From: a virus
Virus record (IMG/VR): IMGVR_UViG_3300027762_000001
Direction: 5' to 3' (one strand)
DNA length: 64,000 nucleotides
Under the pieces are notes generated by a model. It made no database searches and was not told the DNA's origin. It saw nothing but the letters and a program-made list of their open reading frames with translations. Positions 10,420-20,255 of this stretch are shown here, piece after piece (within the stretch, counting starts at the first letter, position 1; each line of letters begins with the position of its first letter). The position numbers and the translations under genes were made by a program.

Positions 10420-10681
10420 TAATGTAAATAGCAAATTAATAATATTAAGGTCGAGATCAGGAGATTGGGAAGCAGTTTATGTAAATGATAAAAAAGATGA
10501 CGAGGGTCATAAGTTGGATTCTTATTATTGGTTTTCATTAGGCCAAAGATTCCCTAACATTGCATGGGGTGACGAAGATGATATCGAATTTTATGAAGTT
10601 GATCATGAAAGAGCTGAAGAGGATGGAGTAGAGTCTTTTCCTGATGATTTTAATGATTTATTGGAGAAGTATTATGATTGA
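10409..10681 (+). CDS. Hypothetical acidic protein
   Basis: GAGGAG RBS. Confidence 0.6.
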   Translation: MESNNVNSKLIILRSRSGDWEAVYVNDKKDDEGHKLDSYYWFSLGQRFPNIAWGDEDDIEFYEVDHERAEEDGVESFPDDFNDLLEKYYD

Positions 10682-10889
10682 TAAAATAACTTACTTAGGA
10701 AGAATTGAAGCATATCATCAAGAAAGTGACCTTTTTGAATGTAAATGGTGTAATACTACCTTTTTTCATCCAGCAATGCAAAAAGGTTTAAGAGAGAAAG
10801 TTAAATGTATGAGTTGTGATTTAGATGATAGTATAACTTTAAAAAGAAGAATAGGAGCTTTAATACTAGCTATAATATTAATTATTTAA
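10674..10889 (+). CDS. Small Zn-ribbon protein with hydrophobic C-terminus
   Basis: CKWC...CMSC, IGALILAIILII; ATG 10674 after GGAG. Confidence 0.5.
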   Translation: MIDKITYLGRIEAYHQESDLFECKWCNTTFFHPAMQKGLREKVKCMSCDLDDSITLKRRIGALILAIILII

Positions 10890-10907
10890 AAAGTGAGGAG
10901 AATTAAT

Positions 10908-11234
10908 ATGCATTTAAACGAGTGGCTAAAAGAAGGTAAAAGAATTTACGGCATTGATTATGCTAACTGGAAATTTGTATGCCCTAAGTGCGGTAAAGTT
11001 CAAAGTGTTAATTCTGTTGTAAAGGAAGTAGGACGTAAAACTTTTAATCCAAAAAGAAAAGACTTTGCAGGAAATACACTTCCTTGTGTTTATCAAGAGT
11101 GTACAGACTTTGATTGTGATTATGCTTCAACTGAAGAAAAAGAAGAATCAAAAGGTTTAATTAAATTAACAGGTGAATCAGATGAAGGGGAAGAAACAAA
11201 ATTATTAGTATTTGAATTTGCAGACAAGGAGTAG
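10908..11234 (+). CDS. VVA0879-like Zn-binding phage protein
   Basis: EWLKEGKRIYG...WKFVCPKCGKVQS...CDYAS...FEFAD. Confidence 0.6.
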   Translation: MHLNEWLKEGKRIYGIDYANWKFVCPKCGKVQSVNSVVKEVGRKTFNPKRKDFAGNTLPCVYQECTDFDCDYASTEEKEESKGLIKLTGESDEGEETKLLVFEFADKE

Positions 11235-11240
11235 ATAAAA

Positions 11241-11708
11241 ATGGATAAGATTAAAATAAAAAAAAGCAGTTGCGCCGATACAAGAACTTGTGATTGGAGC
11301 AAAGTCACAAAAGATGAATTATTGATAAATTCTTACCAACACATAAAGGATGTAATAAAAGGGATTGAGTTTTTATCATTATTATTAAATAAAAGGGCTT
11401 TGAATCACGACAACACTAAGTTGTCACATATAGACCAATTCCACGAAGATTTCAAAACAGGATTTAGTAAAACTGATTGGTGGGAGATGCATCAAAAAAA
11501 AGAAAGACATCATTTAAACAATAAAGATTACATCCAAGACGATGTAGACTTATTAGATGTAATTGAACAAATTGTTGATGGCGTAATGGCAGGAATGGCA
11601 AGGAGCGGAGAATATAGAGTCGAAATTCCTGATGCTAATTTATTACTCAAAGCATATGAGAATACAACTAAAATTTTATTAAGTAATATAGAGGTAGATA
11701 ATTTATAA
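11241..11708 (+). CDS. His-rich HD-like phage protein
   Basis: HI..V, HDNTKL, ERHH, DLLDVIE. Confidence 0.55.
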   Translation: MDKIKIKKSSCADTRTCDWSKVTKDELLINSYQHIKDVIKGIEFLSLLLNKRALNHDNTKLSHIDQFHEDFKTGFSKTDWWEMHQKKERHHLNNKDYIQDDVDLLDVIEQIVDGVMAGMARSGEYRVEIPDANLLLKAYENTTKILLSNIEVDNL

Positions 11709-11983
11709 AAAACAAAAACATAGACAATTTATTTTGAGGAGGTGAAGAAATGAATATAGAAAGAGCAAAAAAATGGGCTGAAAGAATAATGACCGCCGCA
11801 TCAGAAGTGGCAACTGGAGATATAAAAAAGATAGAATTAGCTATCTATATGTTACCAATAATTTCAAATTCCCTAAGAAAAGAGATAGATTTAAGGGAAA
11901 ATGAAAATGTATAAAATAAAAAAATAAAGTGTATAAGTTTTAACATATATCGTTATCAACTAAAATAAAGGGGGTAATATCTT

Positions 11984-12619
11984 TTGATTAAAACTCTAAC
12001 AATAATGTCAGACGGCAAAGATTTATCGGATAGTTATAAAGTTTTGTTAGCCATAGATAAAAAATTAAAGTTAAAACTAGAAGATGAAAATAAAATTATA
12101 AAGATGGTTATTACATCTGAAGAAGACCTTTTAAGTTTATCTGAATTTATATTTAGTGATTTTATATATAATATGTGTGATAAAGTTATTAGCGGATATT
12201 ATATAGATAAAAATTATATAAATAAATTAGATGACGGAGCTATGGACTTAGAAGATTTAAAGAAAGACAGAAGTTTTTTAATTGTAACATCAGTAAAGTG
12301 CGCTATTGATGACACACATTTTAAAAAAGAACTACTAGAAGATGTATTTAATAAATTAAAAAATCATATTGAAGATTTTGATATTTTAGACTTAGAAGGT
12401 TTTTATAAGTTTAGATTAAAAGAATATAAATATTATTTCTTAAGACTTATAAGCCGAGCATATGACGTAATGTTAGAGCAAAAATTAAGAGCTCTCCATA
12501 ATAAAGAAGGCGAGAATATAGAGAAAATAAGTAATATTATTTTGGAGATGGAGAGTAATTTTATTTTGAATCAATATATTGGAGCTGGATTGGAGGAAGA
12601 CTGTGACAGAATCAGGTGA
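11984..12619 (+). CDS. YtxC-like putative sporulation protein
   Basis: LDLEGFYKFRLKEY resembles the YtxC core motif. Confidence 0.55.
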   Translation: MIKTLTIMSDGKDLSDSYKVLLAIDKKLKLKLEDENKIIKMVITSEEDLLSLSEFIFSDFIYNMCDKVISGYYIDKNYINKLDDGAMDLEDLKKDRSFLIVTSVKCAIDDTHFKKELLEDVFNKLKNHIEDFDILDLEGFYKFRLKEYKYYFLRLISRAYDVMLEQKLRALHNKEGENIEKISNIILEMESNFILNQYIGAGLEEDCDRIR

Positions 12620-12836
12620 TTTATTTTTAAACTGTAGCTGTGGCAATAATACTTCATTTAAGATTTACAGGGTTGTCTTATCAAAGGAAGAGTATGTTCC
12701 AGAGAAAGGCGAGTTCGTTTTTTCTGAAGTTAAAGATTTGAAAGTAAAATACCAGATAATAGAATGTTTAATCTGTAATAAATTTATAAAAGTTCCAAAA
12801 GAATTTGATGTATTAGATTTAAAAGTAAAATATTAA
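12579..12836 (+). CDS. Small Zn-ribbon protein
   Basis: CSCGN...CLICN. Confidence 0.5.
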   Translation: MELDWRKTVTESGDLFLNCSCGNNTSFKIYRVVLSKEEYVPEKGEFVFSEVKDLKVKYQIIECLICNKFIKVPKEFDVLDLKVKY

Positions 12837-12852
12837 TAAAGGGGATATCAAA

Positions 12853-13245
12853 ATGTATAATTATAAAGCTACTTTAGACAAAGTTATAGACGGAGATACA
12901 GTAGATTTGATAATTGATTTAGGCTTTGATATAAAAATAAAACAAAGAGTGAGATTGTTAGGAATAGACACCCCAGAATTAAGAGGTAAGACTGAACTTG
13001 AAAAGCAAGCAGCATTAATATCAAAAGAAAAAGTGGAAGATTTATTAGAGGGTAAAGAGATATTCGTATCATCAAAAAAAGAAGGTGCAGATAAATATAA
13101 CAGATATTTGGCAGAGATATTTATAGATGATATGAATATTAATAAGTATTTACTAGATAATGGTTATGCAAAAGTGTATAACGGAGAAGCTAAGAGCGAA
13201 TGGTCTAATGAGGAGCTTAACCTAATAACTAAAATAGGTGAATAA
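12853..13245 (+). CDS. Staphylococcal nuclease (thermonuclease) family protein
   Basis: VIDGDT, RLLGIDTPE, DKYNRYLA. Confidence 0.92.
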   Translation: MYNYKATLDKVIDGDTVDLIIDLGFDIKIKQRVRLLGIDTPELRGKTELEKQAALISKEKVEDLLEGKEIFVSSKKEGADKYNRYLAEIFIDDMNINKYLLDNGYAKVYNGEAKSEWSNEELNLITKIGE

Positions 13246-13257
13246 AGTTTTTTCTTA

Positions 13258-13307
13258 ATTTATAAATATCTCTAGAGGCGTTTTCATCTCTAGAGATATT
13301 TATAAAT
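13258..13307. repeat. Perfect 20-bp inverted repeat with 10-nt spacer; terminator or operator
   Basis: ATTTATAAATATCTCTAGAG ... CTCTAGAGATATTTATAAAT. Confidence 0.8.
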
Positions 13308-13319
13308 AAGCGGGGGATT

Positions 13320-13544
13320 ATGATGATAATAACAATAGAAATTGTGGGAAAAAAAGTAACATTAAAAACAAATGTAAGAGGAAGAAAAGTAGAATTTGGG
13401 TTTAAAAGAAAAAGTTCAACAATATGGGCTCAATGTTTAGATAGACATTTAGATGATTATAAGAATATATTATCAGAAGATGAATATGAAGCCCTAGAAT
13501 ATATTGACCTAATAAAACTCCAGAGAGCTTTTGAATCAAATTAA
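13320..13544 (+). CDS. Hypothetical protein
   Basis: GGGGG RBS. Confidence 0.5.
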   Translation: MMIITIEIVGKKVTLKTNVRGRKVEFGFKRKSSTIWAQCLDRHLDDYKNILSEDEYEALEYIDLIKLQRAFESN

Positions 13545-13728
13545 CATTTTAACGTAAAGGGGTGTGGCATAATGAATATTTTTATATTTATTTCATCTAT
13601 TCTTGTTTTTATTATTGTTCTTCTCTATATAGTAATGGACATAATTAAATTTAATAAAGAGATAAAGGAGGAAGATGAAAGGTTCAAAAAGCAATTAAGG
13701 GATTTATCTAACAAAAAATAATAAGGAG

Positions 13729-14811
13729 ATGATAATTATGAGTGAAAACAGACTAAACAAAAAAACAATTTATGATGAAAGATTAACTCAAATTTTAGGA
13801 GAGGATTTCTCAAATGCAAAACTAGAGACGGTAGCTCCGTTTGAAAGAATGGTAAGTTTTGATGAGAATATAACAAACTTCAATAAAGTAAGGGAGAAGG
13901 CTTGGGATATTGAAAGTAATAGCTGTGATTTTAATGTAAATCTAAAAGATTTATATATAAATAAAGATATGCGGTTAGCTGACAATAGAAATAAAATGCT
14001 TTTCGATTTTAGTCATTGGAGTCTAAGTCAATTCTGTTCATCACTTGATATACCTGCAAGATATATAAAAAAGTGTATGGTCGAAGATCCTGAATTAGCA
14101 GTTGATAATCTTAATACTTGGCTAACTAGGGCTAGTGATAAAGAATGCCTTTTAAGGACAACGAGTAATCGTCTATCAGGATTTTTAAGTAATAAATACA
14201 CTATATTTGAAGACACAGATTTGATGGATATAATACACAACTCCCTTAAAAAAGAAGAAGAGTATATTGTAATGGAACATTTGATAACTCCTGAAATACT
14301 TAACTTAAGAATAGTAAGATCTAGACAGTTAAATATTGCAGGTGAAGATTTAAGTGTCGGCATAAATGTTAGGAATTCACGAGTAGGTAAATCTAAAGTA
14401 GACATTGAGCTTTTAATTTATAAGTGGAAATGTACCAATGGCATTATATTTGGTGGAGGCGTTGAGACATATTATAGTAAAAGGCACACTGGTATAGATA
14501 GTGAAACTATAGCATCTGAATTTAGTAGGATAATGTCGGATATGCCAAAAAATATTGAACTTATAAAAAGTAAAGTTGAAACTTTAAGAAGTACAAAAAT
14601 TAATGAGAATATATTGGAGAAATTTGTAGATAAATTTGAGAAAAATAAATTTGCAAACTCAGCTATGACTCAAAAGATATTAGCCTCAATGCCTAAATAT
14701 GAAGATACTGGTTGGGGATTTGTAAATGCCATGACTGAAGTTGCACAGGAATATAATATGGATACAAGAGAAAGAATCGAAAAGTATGCAGGTCAACTAC
14801 TTACAGCATAG
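13729..14811 (+). CDS. DUF932-like protein
   Basis: NSRVGKSK...CTNG, WGFVNAMTEVAQ pattern. Confidence 0.7.
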   Translation: MIIMSENRLNKKTIYDERLTQILGEDFSNAKLETVAPFERMVSFDENITNFNKVREKAWDIESNSCDFNVNLKDLYINKDMRLADNRNKMLFDFSHWSLSQFCSSLDIPARYIKKCMVEDPELAVDNLNTWLTRASDKECLLRTTSNRLSGFLSNKYTIFEDTDLMDIIHNSLKKEEEYIVMEHLITPEILNLRIVRSRQLNIAGEDLSVGINVRNSRVGKSKVDIELLIYKWKCTNGIIFGGGVETYYSKRHTGIDSETIASEFSRIMSDMPKNIELIKSKVETLRSTKINENILEKFVDKFEKNKFANSAMTQKILASMPKYEDTGWGFVNAMTEVAQEYNMDTRERIEKYAGQLLTA

Positions 14812-14823
14812 TAGAAGCTTGCA

Positions 14824-14855
14824 TGTTGTAGCTTGCATGCATGCAAGCTACAACA
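14824..14855. repeat. Perfect 32-bp palindrome
   Basis: TGTTGTAGCTTGCATG|CATGCAAGCTACAACA. Confidence 0.9.
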
Positions 14856-14863
14856 AATAATAA

Positions 14864-16180
14864 ATGAAAGTGGTGATAATATTCATGAAAAAAATATTGA
14901 AGATTAATATAAAAAACTTTCAATCGCACAAAGATTCAGTAATTAGCTTTGATAATTTTACTGTTATTAATGGTCCAACTGATAATGGTAAGTCAGCAAT
15001 AATAAGGGCTATTAAATGGTGTCTTTACAACAGCCCCGACGGAACTAATTTTATAAGACATGGAGAGAATACTGCAGATGTTACTGTTTACTTTAGCGAT
15101 GGAACAAGTGTAAAAAGAGTAAAGGGTAAAAAAGAAAATTATTATATACTAGCTCATCCTGATGGCAAAGAGTTACAATTAGAAAATTTTGATAGAGGTC
15201 CTGTATCTGAGGTGGTAAATTTTCACAAAATGTACGAGGTTGATTTGTTTGGAAAAAGGCAAGCCTTAAATATCTGTGACCAACTATCTGCTCCATTTTT
15301 CTTGTCCAACTCTCCAATAGAAAGAGCTCAAATGGTAGGTCAGATAGGAAACACTGAAGTTATAGACTTTGCTATAACTGATACTTTATCTGAGATAAGA
15401 GATAAGAAGTCATTACTTAAAGTCTACCACAGAGATTTACTAGAAGTAGACTCAGAGCTTCAAAACTATACAGATTTGCATTTGATGGAAGAGGATTTAA
15501 ATAAAACTAAGCTTATAAAAGAAGATACTTTAAAACTTGTTTTTGAGCTAAATAAACTAATTAAAAATAAAAACTCCCTATTTACACTTTATGAAAATAA
15601 GAAAAAATATGAAGAGATATTAAAGAGTGAAAGTGATATAAACAGTGGACTAGAAACTATAAATGATATTTTAAATGAATATCATGAATATCAAAAAGTT
15701 TTGAGAAATAATTCAATTTTAAAATGTAATATTGAGAGAAAGGAAAATCTTGAAGAAGTAGTAAGTATAGCTTCTCATAAGGAAATAGAAGATTTTATAA
15801 ATGGATTAAGTGTAATAGATGAAAAAATTAAATACTCAAAATCTTTAAAAGTATTAAAATTAAATATTGAAAATCAAGAAAAGACTATAAGTAAAACAAA
15901 GGCAATAATAGAAGGGGAAGATGATATTAAAAATACTATAGATAAATTAGATATTTGTAAGGAAAAAATATCTTGTCTAATTAATTTAAGTTATAAAGGA
16001 GAGTTATTTAAAAAGGCTATTGATAGAAAATTAAAGGGTCGAAAAGTTATAGAGGATTTAGATGTTCAATATAATGATGCATTAGAAGAGTACAAAGAGA
16101 AGCTTTTACAAAATCCTCATTGCCCATTATGTATGTCAAAAATAAATAAAGAAAAAATTAATAATATAAAAATAGTATAA
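14864..16180 (+). CDS. sbcC: SbcC/Rad50-like ATPase, N-terminal half
   Basis: IKNFQSH, Walker A GPTDNGKS, coiled coil, C-terminal CPLC zinc hook; no Walker B. Confidence 0.85.
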   Translation: MKVVIIFMKKILKINIKNFQSHKDSVISFDNFTVINGPTDNGKSAIIRAIKWCLYNSPDGTNFIRHGENTADVTVYFSDGTSVKRVKGKKENYYILAHPDGKELQLENFDRGPVSEVVNFHKMYEVDLFGKRQALNICDQLSAPFFLSNSPIERAQMVGQIGNTEVIDFAITDTLSEIRDKKSLLKVYHRDLLEVDSELQNYTDLHLMEEDLNKTKLIKEDTLKLVFELNKLIKNKNSLFTLYENKKKYEEILKSESDINSGLETINDILNEYHEYQKVLRNNSILKCNIERKENLEEVVSIASHKEIEDFINGLSVIDEKIKYSKSLKVLKLNIENQEKTISKTKAIIEGEDDIKNTIDKLDICKEKISCLINLSYKGELFKKAIDRKLKGRKVIEDLDVQYNDALEEYKEKLLQNPHCPLCMSKINKEKINNIKIV

Positions 16181-16189
16181 GAAATAAAA
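16173..16189 (+). promoter_or_regulatory. Recurrent motif TAGYATAAGWWATAAAA, copy 1
   Basis: TAGTATAAGAAATAAAA. Confidence 0.55.
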
Positions 16190-16273
16190 TGTGATGGTAT
16201 TATTTTTTTACCATCGAAATATACCAATTATAACTCTAAGTAATTTATTTTAACGAAAAAGGAGGAAATATTT

Positions 16274-16507
16274 ATGTTTGAAGGTTTACCAGATTTATTG
16301 ACTGTAAAAGAGGTTCAAGATGCACTAAGGTTAAGTCGAGCAAGAGCTTATGAGCTTGTTAGCACTGAAGATTTTCCAGTAATGAAAATTGGCAGGAGCC
16401 TTAGAATACCGAAAGACTTGTTAGTTAATTGGCTCGAAAATTCAATGGATTTTTTAAAGGAGGATTATGACTATGAAGACACTTACAACCTTAAGCGATG
16501 CAGGTAG
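16274..16507 (+). CDS. Excisionase-like winged HTH DNA-binding protein
   Basis: LLTVKEVQDALRLSRARAYELV...FPVMKIGRSLRIPK. Confidence 0.85.
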   Translation: MFEGLPDLLTVKEVQDALRLSRARAYELVSTEDFPVMKIGRSLRIPKDLLVNWLENSMDFLKEDYDYEDTYNLKRCR

Positions 16508-16772
16508 TGTTAAAATTGGGAACGATAACTTTAGTGTCTTAATACCTAATGGGTATGGAGATGGAGACACTAAAGTTATCATAGTATCTAATATAGATTG
16601 TGAATCATTTAAAAGTTTTAAGTTTTTCACATCAATTAAAGGGAATATCAATATTTATAATTATGATTGTGACTCACCTTGTTTAGAGTCTAAAGTTATA
16701 GAAACTATAAAGGGGTGGTATGGAGTTTATTATAAGGATGGCACTGTGTTGTTTGAAAAGTGGGATAGATAA
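16467..16772 (+). CDS. Hypothetical protein
   Basis: AGGAGG RBS. Confidence 0.6.
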   Translation: MTMKTLTTLSDAGSVKIGNDNFSVLIPNGYGDGDTKVIIVSNIDCESFKSFKFFTSIKGNINIYNYDCDSPCLESKVIETIKGWYGVYYKDGTVLFEKWDR

Positions 16773-16789
16773 GTGAGGGGGATTATTAA

Positions 16790-17317
16790 ATGAATAAAAA
16801 AAAATATTGTATTAGCTTAATTAGTTTTGAGGGTAGCTCAGACATAGATATAAGCTTAACGGATAAAGAGTACACTTTAATTAAAGAAATTGAAGTATTA
16901 AGTGAGGAAAACAGAACTTACAGATGGATGCCGATTTTAAATATCTCAGAAAAATTACCAGTTATAGATAAAGTGCTTACTAATGTTAAATTAGAAGCAG
17001 AGGTCACAGCATGGCAGTTGTTAGGTATTCATGGCAATGTATCTTACAGGTTAGCCAGAAAAAATCTACACCCTAAAGAACTAAAGAAAATATTAGATAA
17101 AACTGAAATGCCTGGGATTGGCATGGCGACTAAACTTGCAGTTAAAAATTTTACAGAATCTGATTATGAAAAATTTGATAAAGAAGTTGAAAAATTAATG
17201 AATGAAGAAAGTTGGACATGGAAATTATCCAGATGGCGTTTTGGTTCGGGGAGTGATTGTTCTTGTGGTGAATATATATGTAAAAAAGAGAAATTAATAA
17301 AGAAACATGTGGACTGA
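16790..17317 (+). CDS. Hypothetical protein
   Basis: GAGGGGG RBS. Confidence 0.55.
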   Translation: MNKKKYCISLISFEGSSDIDISLTDKEYTLIKEIEVLSEENRTYRWMPILNISEKLPVIDKVLTNVKLEAEVTAWQLLGIHGNVSYRLARKNLHPKELKKILDKTEMPGIGMATKLAVKNFTESDYEKFDKEVEKLMNEESWTWKLSRWRFGSGSDCSCGEYICKKEKLIKKHVD

Positions 17318-17410
17318 TTTTGCTGACGTCAGCAAAACGATTATATGAAACGAAAACGCTAATTCGTTTCATAAGTAATTTTTTAAGAAACGAAAATCTA
17401 AATTTGTTTC
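17318..17410. repeat. Cluster of three inverted repeats
   Basis: TTTTGCTGACGTCAGCAAAA (perfect 20 bp); TATGAAACGAA/TTCGTTTCATA; GAAACGAA/TTTGTTTC. Confidence 0.75.
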
Positions 17411-17425
17411 ATATGGAGGTGAAAA

Positions 17426-17635
17426 ATGAAAGTTGTAGAATGGAACGCATGGTGTCCTTTTGAGATAGGAGATAAGGTGATGATAGAAGGTGGACTTGGC
17501 CCTTATGAAATTACAGATATAGCAACAACACATTACGCAAGGTCAGGTAAAACAGTTTTTATGTATGAGTTAAATAATAATGGTTATTATCAGCAAATGA
17601 AAATATTAGATAAATCAGATAAGGGGGAAACATGA
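17426..17635 (+). CDS. Small beta-rich hypothetical protein
   Basis: GGAGGTG RBS, CPFEIGDKV. Confidence 0.6.
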   Translation: MKVVEWNAWCPFEIGDKVMIEGGLGPYEITDIATTHYARSGKTVFMYELNNNGYYQQMKILDKSDKGET

Positions 17636-18435
17636 AATTATGTGTAATATGCGGTGATGAATATCGAGAGTCAAGAAGTGACCAAAAATATTGCAAGGTA
17701 TGTGGTAAAGACCCAGAGCGATACAAAAAACATTATGAAATAGCGACATATATAAACAAGAAAAATGCAGGTGACTTATACAAGGTTATGGAGCAAAATT
17801 GTCAAGAGTGTGGCAAGAAAATATTATCTACATACCACAGAACTTTTTGTGGTACAGTTTGCATGGAGATACACAGAGCAAAAACAGCTAAATGCCCAAT
17901 ATGTAATAAATTATTGGCAGAATATAAAAGGAATACTGGTCGTGGTTTTTGCTCTGAAGATTGTAAAAAAATATATCAACTAAAAAAAGCAAAAGAGAAT
18001 GGAGATTATATACCATGTGAAGTTTGTGGAAAAGAATTTATAAGAAAAAATTATTCTAATAGATTTTGTAGTAGAGATTGTTTTTTAAAGCATTGTGAGC
18101 AAAATAAACCACCTCCTACCCCAAAACGTATTGAAAAAAGAAATTGTTTAATTTGTGGAAAGGAATTTATTTGTGAAGGAAAAAACTTTTCAAAGAAATT
18201 TTGTACGAGGGAATGTAGTCACGAAAATGCAAGAATAGAAGGTAGAAAGAAGAAGGAGGAAGCAAAAAAACAGCTTAAAGTAAAAAGGGGATTACATTTA
18301 TGCACAACTTGCAAAACAGCATATATGGATTGTGAAAGAATGACAAGTAATTTTAGATATATGCCTAAAGGTGCAAAGCGAAAGAATGTCGATAATAAAT
18401 TTATTATTGTATCGTGTCCAAAATATACAGAGTAA
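17632..18435 (+). CDS. Multi-repeat CxxC (TRASH/treble-clef-like) Zn-finger protein
   Basis: Repeated CxxCGKEF...FCSxxC units. Confidence 0.75.
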   Translation: MKLCVICGDEYRESRSDQKYCKVCGKDPERYKKHYEIATYINKKNAGDLYKVMEQNCQECGKKILSTYHRTFCGTVCMEIHRAKTAKCPICNKLLAEYKRNTGRGFCSEDCKKIYQLKKAKENGDYIPCEVCGKEFIRKNYSNRFCSRDCFLKHCEQNKPPPTPKRIEKRNCLICGKEFICEGKNFSKKFCTRECSHENARIEGRKKKEEAKKQLKVKRGLHLCTTCKTAYMDCERMTSNFRYMPKGAKRKNVDNKFIIVSCPKYTE

Positions 18436-18473
18436 GATGTGTGGAGGTAGTAAAAAATGTGTGGAGGTGAAAA

Positions 18474-18695
18474 ATGACTAACTATGAAAGAATTAAAAAT
18501 ATGACAAAAGAAGAAATAGTAGAGTTTTTAGAAAAAGTTGTACCTAATATAGGTAGTTTATGGTGTAATAATTTTTGCGATTTAAGAGAAGATGAAAATT
18601 TTCTTTGCACCATTCCAGATGATAAGTCATGTCCTTACCTAGATGATAAATTAGTTATTGGCAAATGGTTGGAGGTTGAGAATAAAGATGGTTAA
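18474..18695 (+). CDS. Phage hypothetical protein (MTNYERIKNM type)
   Basis: GGAGGTG RBS, Cys cluster, KWLE ending. Confidence 0.65.
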   Translation: MTNYERIKNMTKEEIVEFLEKVVPNIGSLWCNNFCDLREDENFLCTIPDDKSCPYLDDKLVIGKWLEVENKDG

Positions 18696-19107
18696 GAGAT
18701 ATGGAAGCGTTTATCGTGGAGAAATAATTCAACTAGCAGAAGTAAAAGATGGTGATTATGTGAAATACAAAGATTATGAGGAATTACAAAAAAAACATAA
18801 TTTTACTTATAGCAGAAATATAGAATTTCAAGAAAATATATTTTATTTTCTTTGTAAAAATAAAGAACTAAGAGAATACAATAAGCTAACAGAAACTTTA
18901 TTAAAAGGTGCAGAAATATCAATTCATAATTTAGAAAAAGAAAACGAAAAACTAAAAAAAGAAATAGAACAATTTAAAAATACTATTGAAGATAAAGTAC
19001 CATGCAGTAATTGTGGAGAACAAATGATTTATATTGACAGATATATTTGTGATAAGTGCGAAAATCAAATGAATAATATAACAAAATTTACTCAAAGAAA
19101 TTTATAA
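18688..19107 (+). CDS. Coiled-coil hypothetical protein with C-terminal Zn ribbon
   Basis: GDYVKYKDYEEL; paralog of 19121..19606. Confidence 0.6.
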   Translation: MVKRYGSVYRGEIIQLAEVKDGDYVKYKDYEELQKKHNFTYSRNIEFQENIFYFLCKNKELREYNKLTETLLKGAEISIHNLEKENEKLKKEIEQFKNTIEDKVPCSNCGEQMIYIDRYICDKCENQMNNITKFTQRNL

Positions 19108-19120
19108 GGGGGGTAGAGGA

Positions 19121-19606
19121 GTGACTAAGAGATATGGAGATATAATTAATACGATTGACGAATCACCGTATGGTAGATTTGTCAAATATACAGATTATGA
19201 AAAACTGCAGAAATTCTGCGAAGATATTATTAGCATTAATATATCAAAAGAAAACCAACTAAAAAAAGAAAATGAAGAATTAAAAAAAGAAAATGAAAGA
19301 CTAATAGAAAGACTTGAGATAAGCCCGCAAGGTGACGATAGAATTGATGCATTAAGATATGCTAATGATTTTTCAAAACATGATATTGCAGTTTTAAAAA
19401 ATAAAAATGAAGAATTGTTAAAACAACAAAAAAAATATCAAGAATATAAAGAAAAAGAGCGTAAGCGTAAAGCAAAATGGTATCAAAAAAATAAAGACAG
19501 GGTAAATGAGCACAATAGAAAATGGTATCAAGAAAATAAAGAAAAGGTAAAAGAAAAAAGAAAAGAATATTATTTAAAAAAATGTGCAAAGGCGAAAGGG
19601 GATTAA
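19121..19606 (+). CDS. Coiled-coil protein with WYQENKE repeats
   Basis: GRFVKYTDYEKL; KWYQKNKD/KWYQENKE. Confidence 0.6.
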   Translation: MTKRYGDIINTIDESPYGRFVKYTDYEKLQKFCEDIISINISKENQLKKENEELKKENERLIERLEISPQGDDRIDALRYANDFSKHDIAVLKNKNEELLKQQKKYQEYKEKERKRKAKWYQKNKDRVNEHNRKWYQENKEKVKEKRKEYYLKKCAKAKGD

Positions 19607-19607
19607 T

Positions 19608-19784
19608 ATGGAAAACGGATATACGGAACAACAACTTAAAAGTTTAAAAGGTATAGAGGAATATGATTTTGAAACACTAAAAAATATTATAAAAAGGTTA
19701 GAAAAAGAAAATGAAGAATTAAAAAAAGAAATAAAATTTTTAAAAAGCAGTACATTGAAATTATTAGATCAACTTGAGAGGTAG
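19608..19784 (+). CDS. Small coiled-coil protein
   Basis: AAGGGG RBS, ATG 19608. Confidence 0.5.
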   Translation: MENGYTEQQLKSLKGIEEYDFETLKNIIKRLEKENEELKKEIKFLKSSTLKLLDQLER

Positions 19785-19827
19785 AAAATAAAAAACTTAA
19801 TCACAGCAGAAGCGAAAGGGGATTAAT

Positions 19828-20067
19828 ATGAAAAAAATGAAAGCGATGTTAGCACAGCCTATGGCAGGAAAAACTGAAGAGGAAATAGTTGTAACGAGAG
19901 AGAGGGCAATAAAAGTGCTCGAAGAAAAAGGATATGAGGTTGTTAACACTTTATTTACTGATGAATGGTGTAGCAAGGTAGAGGAATGGTATCAAGAAAA
20001 TAAAGAAAAGGTAAAAGAAAGACAAAAGGAATATTATCTAAAAAAACGTGTAGAGGTGGAGAAATGA
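19828..20067 (+). CDS. Chimeric ORF: N-terminus of the DUF4406-like gene fused to the C-terminus of 19121..19606
   Basis: First 47 aa nearly identical to 20252..20581; tail WYQENKEKVKE...KEYYLKK. Confidence 0.6.
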   Translation: MKKMKAMLAQPMAGKTEEEIVVTRERAIKVLEEKGYEVVNTLFTDEWCSKVEEWYQENKEKVKERQKEYYLKKRVEVEK

Positions 20068-20255
20068 TAACTAGAAATGAAATAAATAAATTAAAATTAA
20101 ATTCCCTAGATTTACAAATATTTTTAGATGACTTATTTTTAGAGTGCAAGAATGAATATGAGGTTGAGTGGTTACGAAGTGAATTGATTCAACATGTTGA
20201 TTGTGCAAGTGATGAAAGAGTAGAAAATATGGAAGGCGAAAGGGGATTAATATGA
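20064..20255 (+). CDS. Hypothetical protein
   Basis: GAGGTGG RBS, ATGA overlaps at both ends. Confidence 0.55.
   Translation: MITRNEINKLKLNSLDLQIFLDDLFLECKNEYEVEWLRSELIQHVDCASDERVENMEGERGLI

Noticed and set aside
16274-16507. Excisionase as evidence of an integrated element
   Set aside because: No integrase or att site is visible in the window; such HTH proteins are often plain regulators
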